Shown piece by piece: positions 6,694 through 15,313 of a stretch of 24,000 nucleotides of DNA (position 1 is the first letter of the stretch; every line of letters begins with the position of its first letter). Location: contig JAXHOG010000070.1 in assembly GCA_034519605.1 (NCBI GenBank), forward strand, positions 72,948-96,947, given 5' to 3'. The position numbers were made by a program, and so were the translations under genes. Below the pieces are notes generated by a model, which was not told the origin of the DNA, did not search any database, and saw only the letters and a list, made by a program, of their open reading frames with translations. The stretch is from Marinagarivorans sp. (GTDB taxonomy: Bacteria > Pseudomonadota > Gammaproteobacteria > Pseudomonadales > Cellvibrionaceae).

Positions 6694-8433
6694 CTATGGC
6701 ATAACACCATCTATGGGCGCAGGTGAAAAGGGGTCTTGTAAGCGAGCTTCGATAAAGGCAGATATAGATTCGTGCCCCGCATTTTTAGCATGGAAGCCAA
6801 ATACTGAAACGGCTGCCGTATTGGTATATGCACGCTTATCATTGTCACGACCAAAGCTAAATATCACCATATTGCTACCCTGGCGCCAACCCTCATCACC
6901 CGCCGTATTTGGCCCTGTATCTTTAACACCGACATACCACGCTTGAGTGTCTTTAGGATCACTATCGACTAAGTAGAAAAACGAAGATGGAAATTTATTG
7001 CCGAACGCTGGATCCAAATACCCTAGGCCGCCAGCCTTAAGCTCTCTCTTTTGGCCGTCTTTAAGCACGTAGTAGTCTTTGTCAATTGACGAATCTTGCT
7101 CACCGCCAACAGGGCCTTCATACAAAAAGGCAAATTTATCCGTTGCCTTGATTACTTTAATCGCTGCATGGCTTCTGAAAAAGTGATATTCAAGCTCATA
7201 CTTCGCATTCGCCGACCGCATTCTTAAGTGCTGACCCGTCAAGGTGCCATTGAAAGGAATGTCTATACCCTTTTCGTCCACCCAACGTGTTTTCGTACCG
7301 CTGGAGCGCTGGGGATGATCGAAACTACCCTCGCCAAAATTCGGCCAACCTCTAAATTCATGCTTGCCGCCTGTTGCGGGTGATTTGTTAAAGCCCTTGT
7401 CGGCATCATTCCCAATCCAATCATTACCCACTTGGTCAAATGCACTACTAAACCCGGACTTTCCATTGCTTTCTCCCGTTTCAAAATAGAAAGTTCCGCC
7501 CGCCGTTGCTATTTTCCAACACATATTGCCAAAGTGCATAACCTTGGTCACGGCAACACCGTCAGGAAAGGGGCTAAAAGGCATGCCAGCCGCCGTTTCA
7601 TTGGGCTGATTGGGGTTGAAGGCACTCGCAGAACTCATTGAAGAGTTCATTGACGAGCTCATTGAAGAACTTATGGCCGCGCTACTTGAAGAGATTGAAG
7701 GTGTTGAAGAGGTTGCCGCTTGACCATAGTCGAAAGAGCCGCCATCAACTCGGAAAGAGTCAAACTTTGCACCGTCTTCGCGTCTTTGAATTTTGAATAT
7801 GTAGCTTTGGCCAACGACTAAGCCGCCCCAAGTGGCGAGAGTTACTTCTTCATAACCTGTAGTTTTAACGTTGTTAAACGTTGCCCAAGCCGTGTCTTTA
7901 CCGTCTAATTTGTAAAAAACGCTATCGTTAGTGGCGTCTGGAAGATTTGCGGTGGCGTAAAGCGTCATTGATGTGGCGGTTGCAACCACGGAATAGAAAA
8001 GCTGCCCTGCGCCGTTATCCAACGCCTCTAGACTTTGCTCGCCTTTGTTGGGCCAAACCATAATCGTGCGGCCATTATCATTTTGGGATTCAAACGGCTG
8101 TACTTGAGATGCCGCATCGTAATCCTCTGCCTCAATCGTGGTGAGCTGAACTGATGGCATTGCACTAGAAACGCTGGAGGCCGACGCTATGGAGCTTGGC
8201 GCAACCGAGCTGGAAGTTGATGAGCTTATATTGGCCACCGAACTCACCACGGCTGAACTCGAAGGAGCTACGCTAGACACCGCAATAGCTGAGGATGTCG
8301 TCGCGACACTGGCGGTAAGGCTCGAAGAGCCAGTGCCTTCGCCTGTACATGCACTAAGCGCAGCAATAACAAGCCCTAGCGTCAGTGTGCGTGCAATGGG
8401 GCTAAAGCTATAAGGATGCGAGCAATCAAACAT
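6694..8433 (-). CDS. Secreted modular lipoprotein: lipobox signal, poly-Ser linker, CBM-like beta-sandwich module, poly-Ser linker, and a C-terminal domain of about 300 aa of unknown family (putative carbohydrate-active protein)
   Basis: ATG at 8433 is preferred because GGAG lies 7 nt upstream (CTGGAGAAAAATATG). The signal/lipobox reads ..LTLGLVIAALSAC. Ser-rich linkers are present. A CBM-type segment reads IEAEDYDAAS..FYKLDGKDTAWATF..GQSYIFKIQRREDGAKFDSFRV. The C-terminal domain (MHFGNMCWKIATAGGTFYFE..WPNFGEGSFDHP..AFLYEGPVGG..) matches no family I can name. Confidence 0.85.
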   Translation of the reverse strand: MFDCSHPYSFSPIARTLTLGLVIAALSACTGEGTGSSSLTASVATTSSAIAVSSVAPSSSAVVSSVANISSSTSSSVAPSSIASASSVSSAMPSVQLTTIEAEDYDAASQVQPFESQNDNGRTIMVWPNKGEQSLEALDNGAGQLFYSVVATATSMTLYATANLPDATNDSVFYKLDGKDTAWATFNNVKTTGYEEVTLATWGGLVVGQSYIFKIQRREDGAKFDSFRVDGGSFDYGQAATSSTPSISSSSAAISSSMSSSMNSSMSSASAFNPNQPNETAAGMPFSPFPDGVAVTKVMHFGNMCWKIATAGGTFYFETGESNGKSGFSSAFDQVGNDWIGNDADKGFNKSPATGGKHEFRGWPNFGEGSFDHPQRSSGTKTRWVDEKGIDIPFNGTLTGQHLRMRSANAKYELEYHFFRSHAAIKVIKATDKFAFLYEGPVGGEQDSSIDKDYYVLKDGQKRELKAGGLGYLDPAFGNKFPSSFFYLVDSDPKDTQAWYVGVKDTGPNTAGDEGWRQGSNMVIFSFGRDNDKRAYTNTAAVSVFGFHAKNAGHESISAFIEARLQDPFSPAPIDGVMP

Positions 8434-8466
8434 ATTTTTCTCCAGTGTCGTGGGCATAAAGTGAGC

Positions 8467-8490
8467 GTTTTATATTGTGTTTTATATTAG
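8467..8490. repeat. 12-bp tandem duplication (GTTTTATATTGT / GTTTTATATTAG) in the lipoprotein promoter region
   Basis: Read directly. On the minus strand it reads AATATAAAAC twice, 34-57 nt upstream of ATG 8433. Each copy carries a TATAAA -10-like hexamer. Confidence 0.75.
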
Positions 8491-8707
8491 TTGTGACTGT
8501 GCGGTGGGGGAATGTGGGCGGGGTGCTATGTGATAAAGGTTATGGGCGAGCTACGCAATCCCCCCGACACGCCACCTTATCCGTTTTAGCGATCAGGCTT
8601 GCAGGCTGTTTGCTCAACAAGCGTCAGCACTCGAAATTAGAGCTAATAATGCCGCATTGGCGGGCAAGTAAATGTGATGACGTTCAGATCACACACAAAG
8701 TTTAGGG

Positions 8708-8729
8708 TTTTTGAGATGTTTTTGAGATG
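8708..8729. repeat. Perfect 11-bp tandem duplication TTTTTGAGATG x2
   Basis: Read directly at 8708-8718 and 8719-8729, in the intergenic DNA downstream of the transglutaminase gene. Confidence 0.8.
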
Positions 8730-8818
8730 GATGTATCGGATATTTATCACCCTCCAAGGACAGACATGTCCAAACCCTCTTCATCACACTTTTAGCTTGT
8801 GCCACTTGCGCACTTATT

Positions 8819-11287
8819 TCACACCACATTAAGTACAGATAATAACAACTGCCGCAATAACTGCGCGAGTGTCGCCTGCTGCTGCGGCGCCAATGTTTTA
8901 TCGGAATAATAATGATCATTAAATAATGCGATCACTTCGGCTTGCTGCTCGGCATTTAAATGGCTGCTGGCCACACAAGCATTAAATTGCTCGATAGTTA
9001 AACCGGCAGGCAATGCTCGGCCTACATTAATTAAGGCTTGATGAATAAAATTAAGACTATCGACAATGGCAATAGCGGGCATTTTTTGTACGCGCAGCAA
9101 TAAATAGCGGTTTTTTATTTGCCCCGCATAATGTGCCCACACCCAAAACCCGGCTGCTGTAACAAACGCTAAAATTATCCAAAGCCACCACAGCTGGAAA
9201 ATAGCCACCTTAATCGCGGCCAGTGCCACTGTAAAAATAAGCGTTATGGCATACCAAAACGAGCGCAATACCGTCGCCAAGCTCCAATCGGGCTGGGCGG
9301 TCACTTCATCAATACGCTCTAAATTTTTAATATATTCTTGAATTTTTTTAGCCGTCATGTGGGTAGGTTCTTCATCAACTTCCGGCGCTGGATAATAAGC
9401 CGTGGGTTCCAATACTAACCAACCAATGTCATCTACATAAGCCTCCACCCACGCATGGCCATCTAATGCGCGCACCTCGTAATAATTGGTCAGCGGGTTT
9501 TGGTTGTGCGCTAAAAATCCTGTGACTACGCGCGCGGGAATATCCAAAGTGCGCAACATAATAGCTAGCGCACTGGCAAAATATTCGCAGTGGCCTTTTT
9601 TAGTTTCAAACAAAAACCGCTCTATGGGTGTAACACCCTGGGAATTAAAAATAGACGCAAAATCATAGGCGTATTCGCTACGCAAAAAATGCTCTAGCGC
9701 TATGGCTTTTTTAAATTCTGGAAATTCACCGGTAATTTTTTGAGTTTTTTCGCTGGCTAATTGATAAACACGCGGCTCGGTTTGCGCGGGCACCGATAAA
9801 TAATTTTCCAGCGTTTGTTTTCGCACTAATCGTTCGTGAGCCGCATGCTCGGCTAACATTTTTTCTGCGGCGGTTGTCGCGGCGGTTACTTGTACGGCAT
9901 GCGCTGTAATGGCACTAAACTGCCGACCTTTAAAAATATTAAATTGCACCTCGGCACTGTAGGCGGTGCCTTTCTGCAAAATGCTGCCCGCGCTCCATTG
10001 CCCAAAACCATCTTCGGCCACCATAACCGCCGGAAAGCTCAATTTAATTAATTGCTCGGCAATGGGAATGTTATCGCTCATGCTGGCCTCAACAAAAACT
10101 TGGTAGTATTTTTCTTGTTGTTTAAAGCGAGGGTTATTGGCCAGCGAGCTTTTATCTAACGCGTAATTACCGCGCTCTAAGCGGCGAAAATCTAACGGCG
10201 CTTTTGTTTGCGACCAACGTAGCCCATCAAAATTATCAAACACTCTGGCTTTTAAATATAAAGGTACATCGCTTTTAACCCGCAAAATTAAAGCATTGCT
10301 GGCACGCGTCTGCGATGGATCGGGATTATCAACCGCAAACGACGCATCAAAACCACCATAGTCATAATATGCAGCCGTATTATTGTTGGCTGAATTGTTA
10401 GCTGAGTTGTTGGCTGTCTTTTGGGGATTGTTGCTGAATAGATTAGGCGACTGCTCGGAAGGTGGTTTATCGGCAGCAAAGGGATCGTTACCACCGGCAT
10501 TGCCTTCATCGCGGCTACCTTCAGCATCAGGCTCGGCAGCTTCTGCGTTTTTTGCTTTTTGCTCCCAATCGCTATTGTTGTAAAAATGCGCCGAAGCACT
10601 TACCCGCGCACCAAGATTACCCGCTGGAAAACGTGGAATAAAAAGATAGGTAATAAATGCTAAACCTAAAAATACAACAATGAGTTTTGAATGATGAGAA
10701 AATTCGCCTAAAAAATTATTTTTAATCGGCGCATTCATTTTATTTGCCGATAAAACCTCAAGACCCGCAGGTATTTCAACTGCCAAAAAACGGCGCAAAA
10801 AAACAGACCTTAGTGCCAGCAGTGCTAAAGCACCAAAACAAGCCATATACATTAAATAGTCACCGGTTTTTGCCTCAACCGCGCCGCACATTAAGCAGAT
10901 AAAACCAATCACTAAAGCACTGTAAATACGGTTGTTATTATCGGCGCGAATATTCAGCGCTAGCTGCGCAAAAAATAGTAGGCTAATTAATGCCGGTATC
11001 AGTCCTAGGGTAAAAATAGCGCCCAAAAAAAATACCAAGCCCGCACCCGCAATCACTTCAGCAGTTTTGTGATTTTTGGCGAGCTTATCGGAGTCCAGGT
11101 TATGGAAATCTAAGTTATGAATGTCCAAAACCATGGTAACAAACACCACGCTACCCGCAATCAGCGCCACCAAGCCGCCCCATTCGGCCATAACGGTACT
11201 GGTATAACCCGCCAAGCCCACCGTAAATGCAGCCGCGACTAAACCTGCTAATAAACCTCCTAATAAATTTATGTGTCGGTTAATCAT
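8819..11287 (-). CDS. tgpA: TgpA-type membrane transglutaminase-like protein (DUF3488-like multi-TM N-terminus, transglutaminase core, C-terminal TM plus DUF4129-like tail)
   Basis: Multi-TM N-terminal region. The transglutaminase catalytic core reads KKGHCEYFASALAIMLRTLDIPARVVTGF ... LDGHAWVEAYVDDIGWLVLEPT (Cys, then His, then Asp). A further TM pair and helical tail follow. An Asn/Ala/acidic low-complexity insert reads ..NNPQKTANNSANNSANNNTAAYY... The start overlaps the DUF58 stop by 8 nt. Confidence 0.88.
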   Translation of the reverse strand: MINRHINLLGGLLAGLVAAAFTVGLAGYTSTVMAEWGGLVALIAGSVVFVTMVLDIHNLDFHNLDSDKLAKNHKTAEVIAGAGLVFFLGAIFTLGLIPALISLLFFAQLALNIRADNNNRIYSALVIGFICLMCGAVEAKTGDYLMYMACFGALALLALRSVFLRRFLAVEIPAGLEVLSANKMNAPIKNNFLGEFSHHSKLIVVFLGLAFITYLFIPRFPAGNLGARVSASAHFYNNSDWEQKAKNAEAAEPDAEGSRDEGNAGGNDPFAADKPPSEQSPNLFSNNPQKTANNSANNSANNNTAAYYDYGGFDASFAVDNPDPSQTRASNALILRVKSDVPLYLKARVFDNFDGLRWSQTKAPLDFRRLERGNYALDKSSLANNPRFKQQEKYYQVFVEASMSDNIPIAEQLIKLSFPAVMVAEDGFGQWSAGSILQKGTAYSAEVQFNIFKGRQFSAITAHAVQVTAATTAAEKMLAEHAAHERLVRKQTLENYLSVPAQTEPRVYQLASEKTQKITGEFPEFKKAIALEHFLRSEYAYDFASIFNSQGVTPIERFLFETKKGHCEYFASALAIMLRTLDIPARVVTGFLAHNQNPLTNYYEVRALDGHAWVEAYVDDIGWLVLEPTAYYPAPEVDEEPTHMTAKKIQEYIKNLERIDEVTAQPDWSLATVLRSFWYAITLIFTVALAAIKVAIFQLWWLWIILAFVTAAGFWVWAHYAGQIKNRYLLLRVQKMPAIAIVDSLNFIHQALINVGRALPAGLTIEQFNACVASSHLNAEQQAEVIALFNDHYYSDKTLAPQQQATLAQLLRQLLLSVLNVV

Positions 11288-12584
11288 GCTGAAAAACTCC
11301 CGCTAAATTATCGCCAGCCAATAGAGGGATTAAAATAGTATTGGCGATTATTTGTGTGTGGCTTTTGGGGTAAGTCGCCAAGGGCTTTAAATAACTCTCT
11401 TGATTAAACATAAACTGCCAATGTTTTTGTTCGCCAAAATTTGGCTCTATCGTTGTAGGTTTTAAATCAATTACTGCAGTATGCACATCAAACGAAATAA
11501 CAATGCTGGCGCGGCTAGATTCATTAATCGCATCGCGTAGTTGTTCTTGATATTGCTGTTTGTGTTGATGCTGCTCTTGATATTGATTGCTCGACAAGGG
11601 CGTTAACTCGGCTAATTGCTGATAAAAATCTACCAACTGTGCAGCGCTGGATAAGTGCATATTGCAAGCGCCTGCCACGGTGACACGCCACCCCTGAGCA
11701 ATTAAAAAACACGCAAGGCTTGCCGCAATAATCATTTGCTGCTCAAACGCATTGCGCTCGCCATCACCCACATTTAATGCCTCAGAATTATTGATTACCA
11801 TTAAAAAGCTCGGTTGCGCTAAATGTTCAAACTCGCGCACTTTAAGCTCATTGCTGCGCGCAGTGGCGCGCCAATCGATGGTGCGATAGGCATCGCCCAT
11901 TTGGTAATCACGCAGCCCTAATAATAAATCATCACCTTTACGCTGGCGCTGTGGGTGCGCATCATTATGTGTGTCGGCGCTTAACCAACTCGCGGGGATT
12001 TTTTTTATCGCTAACAAGCGAGGGTAAACCGTTAAAAAACCGGGCTGCGCAATAACGCTTAGTTTTTTGGCATTTACAATACCCAAGGGATAAGCACAGG
12101 CCACCCAACATTCCGATAACAACCAGTGGCCACGTTGTTGAGGCGTATAAGTAGCGTGCAAGGTTTTTTTATTTTTATCCAAAAACGCTAAAATAAATTG
12201 CGTTGCCGTGTGTGGTAAATTTACTTGGAGGTAACGCACATTTTTTTTGGCATTTAAAATAACAGCCATTGTTTGCTCTTGGTGAGCATGCACTGGTGCG
12301 GCATTAAACTGCAGCACACGCACGCGCCGCACAAATAACCAAGGCAATAAAGCCGATAACCAAAGCAGCGAAAACAACATGGCAACCACGCCATACATTA
12401 ATGCCAAGCCCCTGTTCCAAGCGATAAATGCCAGCGCCACCATTAAAAACAATAAACAATTGCGCAGGCTAAATAGTGTATTCAATAGCGCCTGCCAATG
12501 TTCTGGAAGCACCCACAGTGGACTGGCTCCATTAGGTTTTTTAGAAAAATAATCTGGTTTGGGTTTTTGCTCTTGGAAACTCAT
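11280..12584 (-). CDS. DUF58 domain-containing protein (vWA-like fold family), N-terminal TM helices
   Basis: DUF58 signature LGLRDYQMGDAYRTIDWRATARSNELKVREFE. Two N-terminal TM helices. It sits between the MoxR ATPase and the transglutaminase gene, as in the common MoxR-DUF58-TgpA arrangement. Confidence 0.88.
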   Translation of the reverse strand: MSFQEQKPKPDYFSKKPNGASPLWVLPEHWQALLNTLFSLRNCLLFLMVALAFIAWNRGLALMYGVVAMLFSLLWLSALLPWLFVRRVRVLQFNAAPVHAHQEQTMAVILNAKKNVRYLQVNLPHTATQFILAFLDKNKKTLHATYTPQQRGHWLLSECWVACAYPLGIVNAKKLSVIAQPGFLTVYPRLLAIKKIPASWLSADTHNDAHPQRQRKGDDLLLGLRDYQMGDAYRTIDWRATARSNELKVREFEHLAQPSFLMVINNSEALNVGDGERNAFEQQMIIAASLACFLIAQGWRVTVAGACNMHLSSAAQLVDFYQQLAELTPLSSNQYQEQHQHKQQYQEQLRDAINESSRASIVISFDVHTAVIDLKPTTIEPNFGEQKHWQFMFNQESYLKPLATYPKSHTQIIANTILIPLLAGDNLAGVFQHD

Positions 12585-12607
12585 GGGTAAACCCTAAGGA
12601 TCAATCA

Positions 12608-13618
12608 TTATTTGGTGGCAGGTTGTTTAGTCGTAACGGGCGTTGTAGTTGATGCGGCAACTGGCGCTGCGGTGTTATTTACAGCAACCGCAATGACGGG
12701 AACTGTTTGCAATAACTCTTCAAGAATTTTTTGGCCGCGCGCAAGGTTTTGTCCACCGCGCAAAACTAAGCGATGCCCAAGCACCGCATAAGCCACCGAT
12801 TGCACATTTTGCGGCGTCACAAACTGCGCGCCTTTTAAATAAGCATCGGCACGGGCGGCGTGCATTAATGCAATCGCGGCACGCGGGCTTGCACCTAAAC
12901 GTACATCTTTATGGTTTCGCGTGGCCTCAATAAACGCCACAATATATTTTTTAACATCATCAATAATCTGCACATCCAAACAAGCTTGTTGCCATTGTTG
13001 CAAAGTGTCTTTATTAATAATTGGGCGCACAGAATGAATAGGCTCTTGCTGCGCATGGCCATTTAATATCTCTAAGCTTTGCTCGGCAGTAGGGTAGCCC
13101 AAACTCACACGCATAAAAAATCGGTCTAATTGCGCCTCGGGCAAGGGGAAAGTGCCTGCAAACTCAATAGGGTTTTGCGTCGCAATTACCATAAAGGGAG
13201 ACGGCAGCGGCACTGTTTGACGGTCGATAGTCACGGCGCCTTCGGCCATTGCCTCTAAAAATGCCGATTGAGCACGCGGCGATGCGCGATTAATTTCATC
13301 CACTAACACTAAATTGGCAAAAATAGGGCCGGGTAAAAATTTAAAGTTTTGTTCATTTTGCTGATAAATATTACCGCCCAAAATATCACTGGGCATTAAA
13401 TCGGGCGTGCATTGCACACGGTTAAAACTAAGCGATAAACTTTTTGTTAACGCCTTGGCCAAGGTTGTTTTTCCCAAGCCGGGTACATCCTCTAATAACA
13501 GATGCCCTTGGCACATCAAAGCGACCAATAAATTATCAATAACGTCTGGCGAGCCTTTATAGACACTCGCCAATTGATGTTTTAGCGCATTTAATAACGG
13601 ATTTTTTACTTGAGTCAT
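12608..13618 (-). CDS. moxR: MoxR-family AAA+ ATPase
   Basis: Walker A reads EDVPGLGKTTLAK and Walker B LVLVDEINRASPRAQSAFLEAM. Also present are ATQNPIEFAGTFPLPEAQLDRF and the lid region GASPRAAIAL. ATG 13618 is preferred over the TTG at 13663 used by the ORF track. The C-terminal tail is Thr/Ala/Pro-rich. Confidence 0.92.
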   Translation of the reverse strand: MTQVKNPLLNALKHQLASVYKGSPDVIDNLLVALMCQGHLLLEDVPGLGKTTLAKALTKSLSLSFNRVQCTPDLMPSDILGGNIYQQNEQNFKFLPGPIFANLVLVDEINRASPRAQSAFLEAMAEGAVTIDRQTVPLPSPFMVIATQNPIEFAGTFPLPEAQLDRFFMRVSLGYPTAEQSLEILNGHAQQEPIHSVRPIINKDTLQQWQQACLDVQIIDDVKKYIVAFIEATRNHKDVRLGASPRAAIALMHAARADAYLKGAQFVTPQNVQSVAYAVLGHRLVLRGGQNLARGQKILEELLQTVPVIAVAVNNTAAPVAASTTTPVTTKQPATK

Positions 13619-13661
13619 GTAATTCCCACGCCTAAACGCGGCCTCTGCCAGTTGTATAGTC

Positions 13662-13686
13662 AATTGTAAAAAATGTTTTTACAATT
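13662..13686. promoter_or_regulatory. Perfect 25-bp palindrome (AATTGTAAAAA-ATG-TTTTTACAATT) upstream of moxR; candidate operator
   Basis: 11-bp arms at 13662-13672 and 13676-13686 are exact reverse complements. It lies 44-68 nt upstream of the moxR ATG, in the moxR/yhiN divergent intergenic region. Function is inferred. Confidence 0.45.
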
Positions 13687-14011
13687 TCGTTATTAATATA
13701 AAGCGGCAAGCCCATAACATAGATGGCGTATCGGCTTGCGGCTGAAAAAACTGATAATATTCAAGAACCCATTGAAACGATTGCAGCTCTAACGATAGCT
13801 GAATGAGTAAATACTGTTTTATATGCAATGTCTAGCCGTCAGTAGATGTGCCAGGCTGTTTCTATAATGGCTATAAAGATACTGCAAGGCGAGCACTTGA
13901 TATTTATTTGATCTGCACTGTTGACTCGAAATAAAATATCGCGCGCTATTGTTTAGCCCCAAAGTGGTAATATTCGCGCCCTCAAATAAACCCACATACG
14001 ACGATACAGGC

Positions 14012-15271
14012 ATGCAACTCAACCACTCTTCGCCGCTGCTCACGCACTTTAATGACAAGGAAACTCTCGACTGCATTATTATTGGCGGCGGTGCGGCAGG
14101 CCTAATGTGTGCAGCACAAGCGGCTATGCTCGGCAAGAACGTGACGGTGCTAGACCACAGTAATAAAGTCGGTAAAAAAATTCTTATGTCTGGCGGCGGG
14201 CGCTGCAACTTCACTAATTACAATGTTGAGCCTAATAATTATCTCGGTACCAATATCCATTTTTGTAAATCTGCCTTAGCGCGATTTAATCAATACGATT
14301 TTTTAGATTTGGTGCATAAGCATCAAATCCCTTATCACGAAAAAACTCTGGGGCAATTGTTTTGCGATAACAAAGCCAGCGACATTCTTAATTTATTACT
14401 GCATGAGTGTGACAATAACGGCGTGAAAATTTACACCCACTGCAGTATTAATCGCATCGCGGCACTGGCGCCCGAGCAAAATACTTCAGCCCGTTTTAGA
14501 TTAACCACCAGCCTTGGTAATATTCGCTGTAAATCGCTTGTGATTGCTACCGGTGGATTATCCATTCCAACCATGGGCGCTACGGGCTTTGGTTATGATA
14601 TTGCAAAACAATTTGGCCTAAAAATAACCCCTCGCTTGGCTTCGCTTGTGCCCTTCACCTTTAAAGGTAAAACATTGGCTACCGCACAAGCGCTGGCAGG
14701 CGTGGCTTTGCCGGTGGCCATTTACAGTCACAGCCAAGATCAAATTTTTAAAGAGGCGTTATTATTTACCCACAAAGGCATTAGTGGGCCTGCAGTTTTG
14801 CAAATTTCTAATTATTGGCTGCCCGACCAAACCGTCACTATTAATTTTTTACCCGAGCTAATACTCGCCGATCAAATTGAGCAATGGAAAAACGAAGGTC
14901 AAAAAGCAGAAGTTAAAAATCTTTTAACCCGACACTTACCTAAACGTTTTATTAGCGAATGGCTGCTTGCCGAAGAACTTACCAGTATCGGCGATAAAAC
15001 CCTTGCCGATCTTAGCCGCAGTGACATAGACGCATTAACCACAGCATTTAACCGCTGGACATGTGTGCCTGCAGGCACCGAAGGTTACAAAACCGCCGAG
15101 GTCACTCGTGGCGGCATAAATACCGACGAGGTTTCATCCAAAACATTTGAAGCGAAAAAAGTACCGGGTTTATTTTTTATTGGCGAAGTATTAGATGTGA
15201 CGGGTTGGCTCGGCGGTTTTAATTTTCAGTGGGCATGGGCCAGCGGTTACTGTGCTGCACAATTTGTTTAA
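14012..15271 (+). CDS. NAD(P)/FAD-dependent oxidoreductase, YhiN/HI0933 (BaiN-like) flavoprotein family
   Basis: The dinucleotide-binding N-terminus reads DCIIIGGGAAGLMCAAQAAMLGKNVTVLDHSNKVGKKILMSGGGRCNFTN, which is very characteristic of the HI0933/YhiN family. The C-terminal motif is FFIGEVLDVTGWLGGFNFQWAWASG. Start ATG 14012 is chosen (MQLNH..); the upstream TTG/GTG extension is unlikely. Confidence 0.9.
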   Translation: MQLNHSSPLLTHFNDKETLDCIIIGGGAAGLMCAAQAAMLGKNVTVLDHSNKVGKKILMSGGGRCNFTNYNVEPNNYLGTNIHFCKSALARFNQYDFLDLVHKHQIPYHEKTLGQLFCDNKASDILNLLLHECDNNGVKIYTHCSINRIAALAPEQNTSARFRLTTSLGNIRCKSLVIATGGLSIPTMGATGFGYDIAKQFGLKITPRLASLVPFTFKGKTLATAQALAGVALPVAIYSHSQDQIFKEALLFTHKGISGPAVLQISNYWLPDQTVTINFLPELILADQIEQWKNEGQKAEVKNLLTRHLPKRFISEWLLAEELTSIGDKTLADLSRSDIDALTTAFNRWTCVPAGTEGYKTAEVTRGGINTDEVSSKTFEAKKVPGLFFIGEVLDVTGWLGGFNFQWAWASGYCAAQFV

Positions 15272-15313
15272 TGATTACACCAATGATGAATTATTGATAA
15301 AAACAGGAAAAAC

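Noticed and set aside
6689-6946. An 85-aa plus-strand ORF starting just after the bidirectional terminator.
   Set aside because: It is antisense to the well-supported 3' end of the lipoprotein gene, begins inside the terminator tail, and has no recognisable features.
8501-8566. A G-rich tract (GCGGTGGGGGAATGTGGGCGGGGTG), considered as a possible G-quadruplex, with a CCCCCC run about 50 nt downstream.
   Set aside because: It has only three runs of three or more G plus a GG, so it is not a canonical four-run G4. Pairing with the C-run would need a loop of about 50 nt. It is noted only as a local GC spike in an AT-rich spacer.
8673-8693. TGTGA...TCACA inverted repeat, considered as a CRP-type site.
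   Set aside because: The half-sites are separated by 11 nt, not the 6 nt required by the CRP consensus TGTGA-N6-TCACA. It lies downstream of tgpA and far (about 240 nt) from the lipoprotein start.
8475-8919. Two 76-aa ORFs (8475-8705 on plus, 8689-8919 on minus) in and around the lipoprotein/tgpA intergenic region.
   Set aside because: No RBS, no family resemblance and Cys/Arg-rich odd composition. The second overlaps the tgpA 3' end. The region is better read as promoter/terminator DNA.
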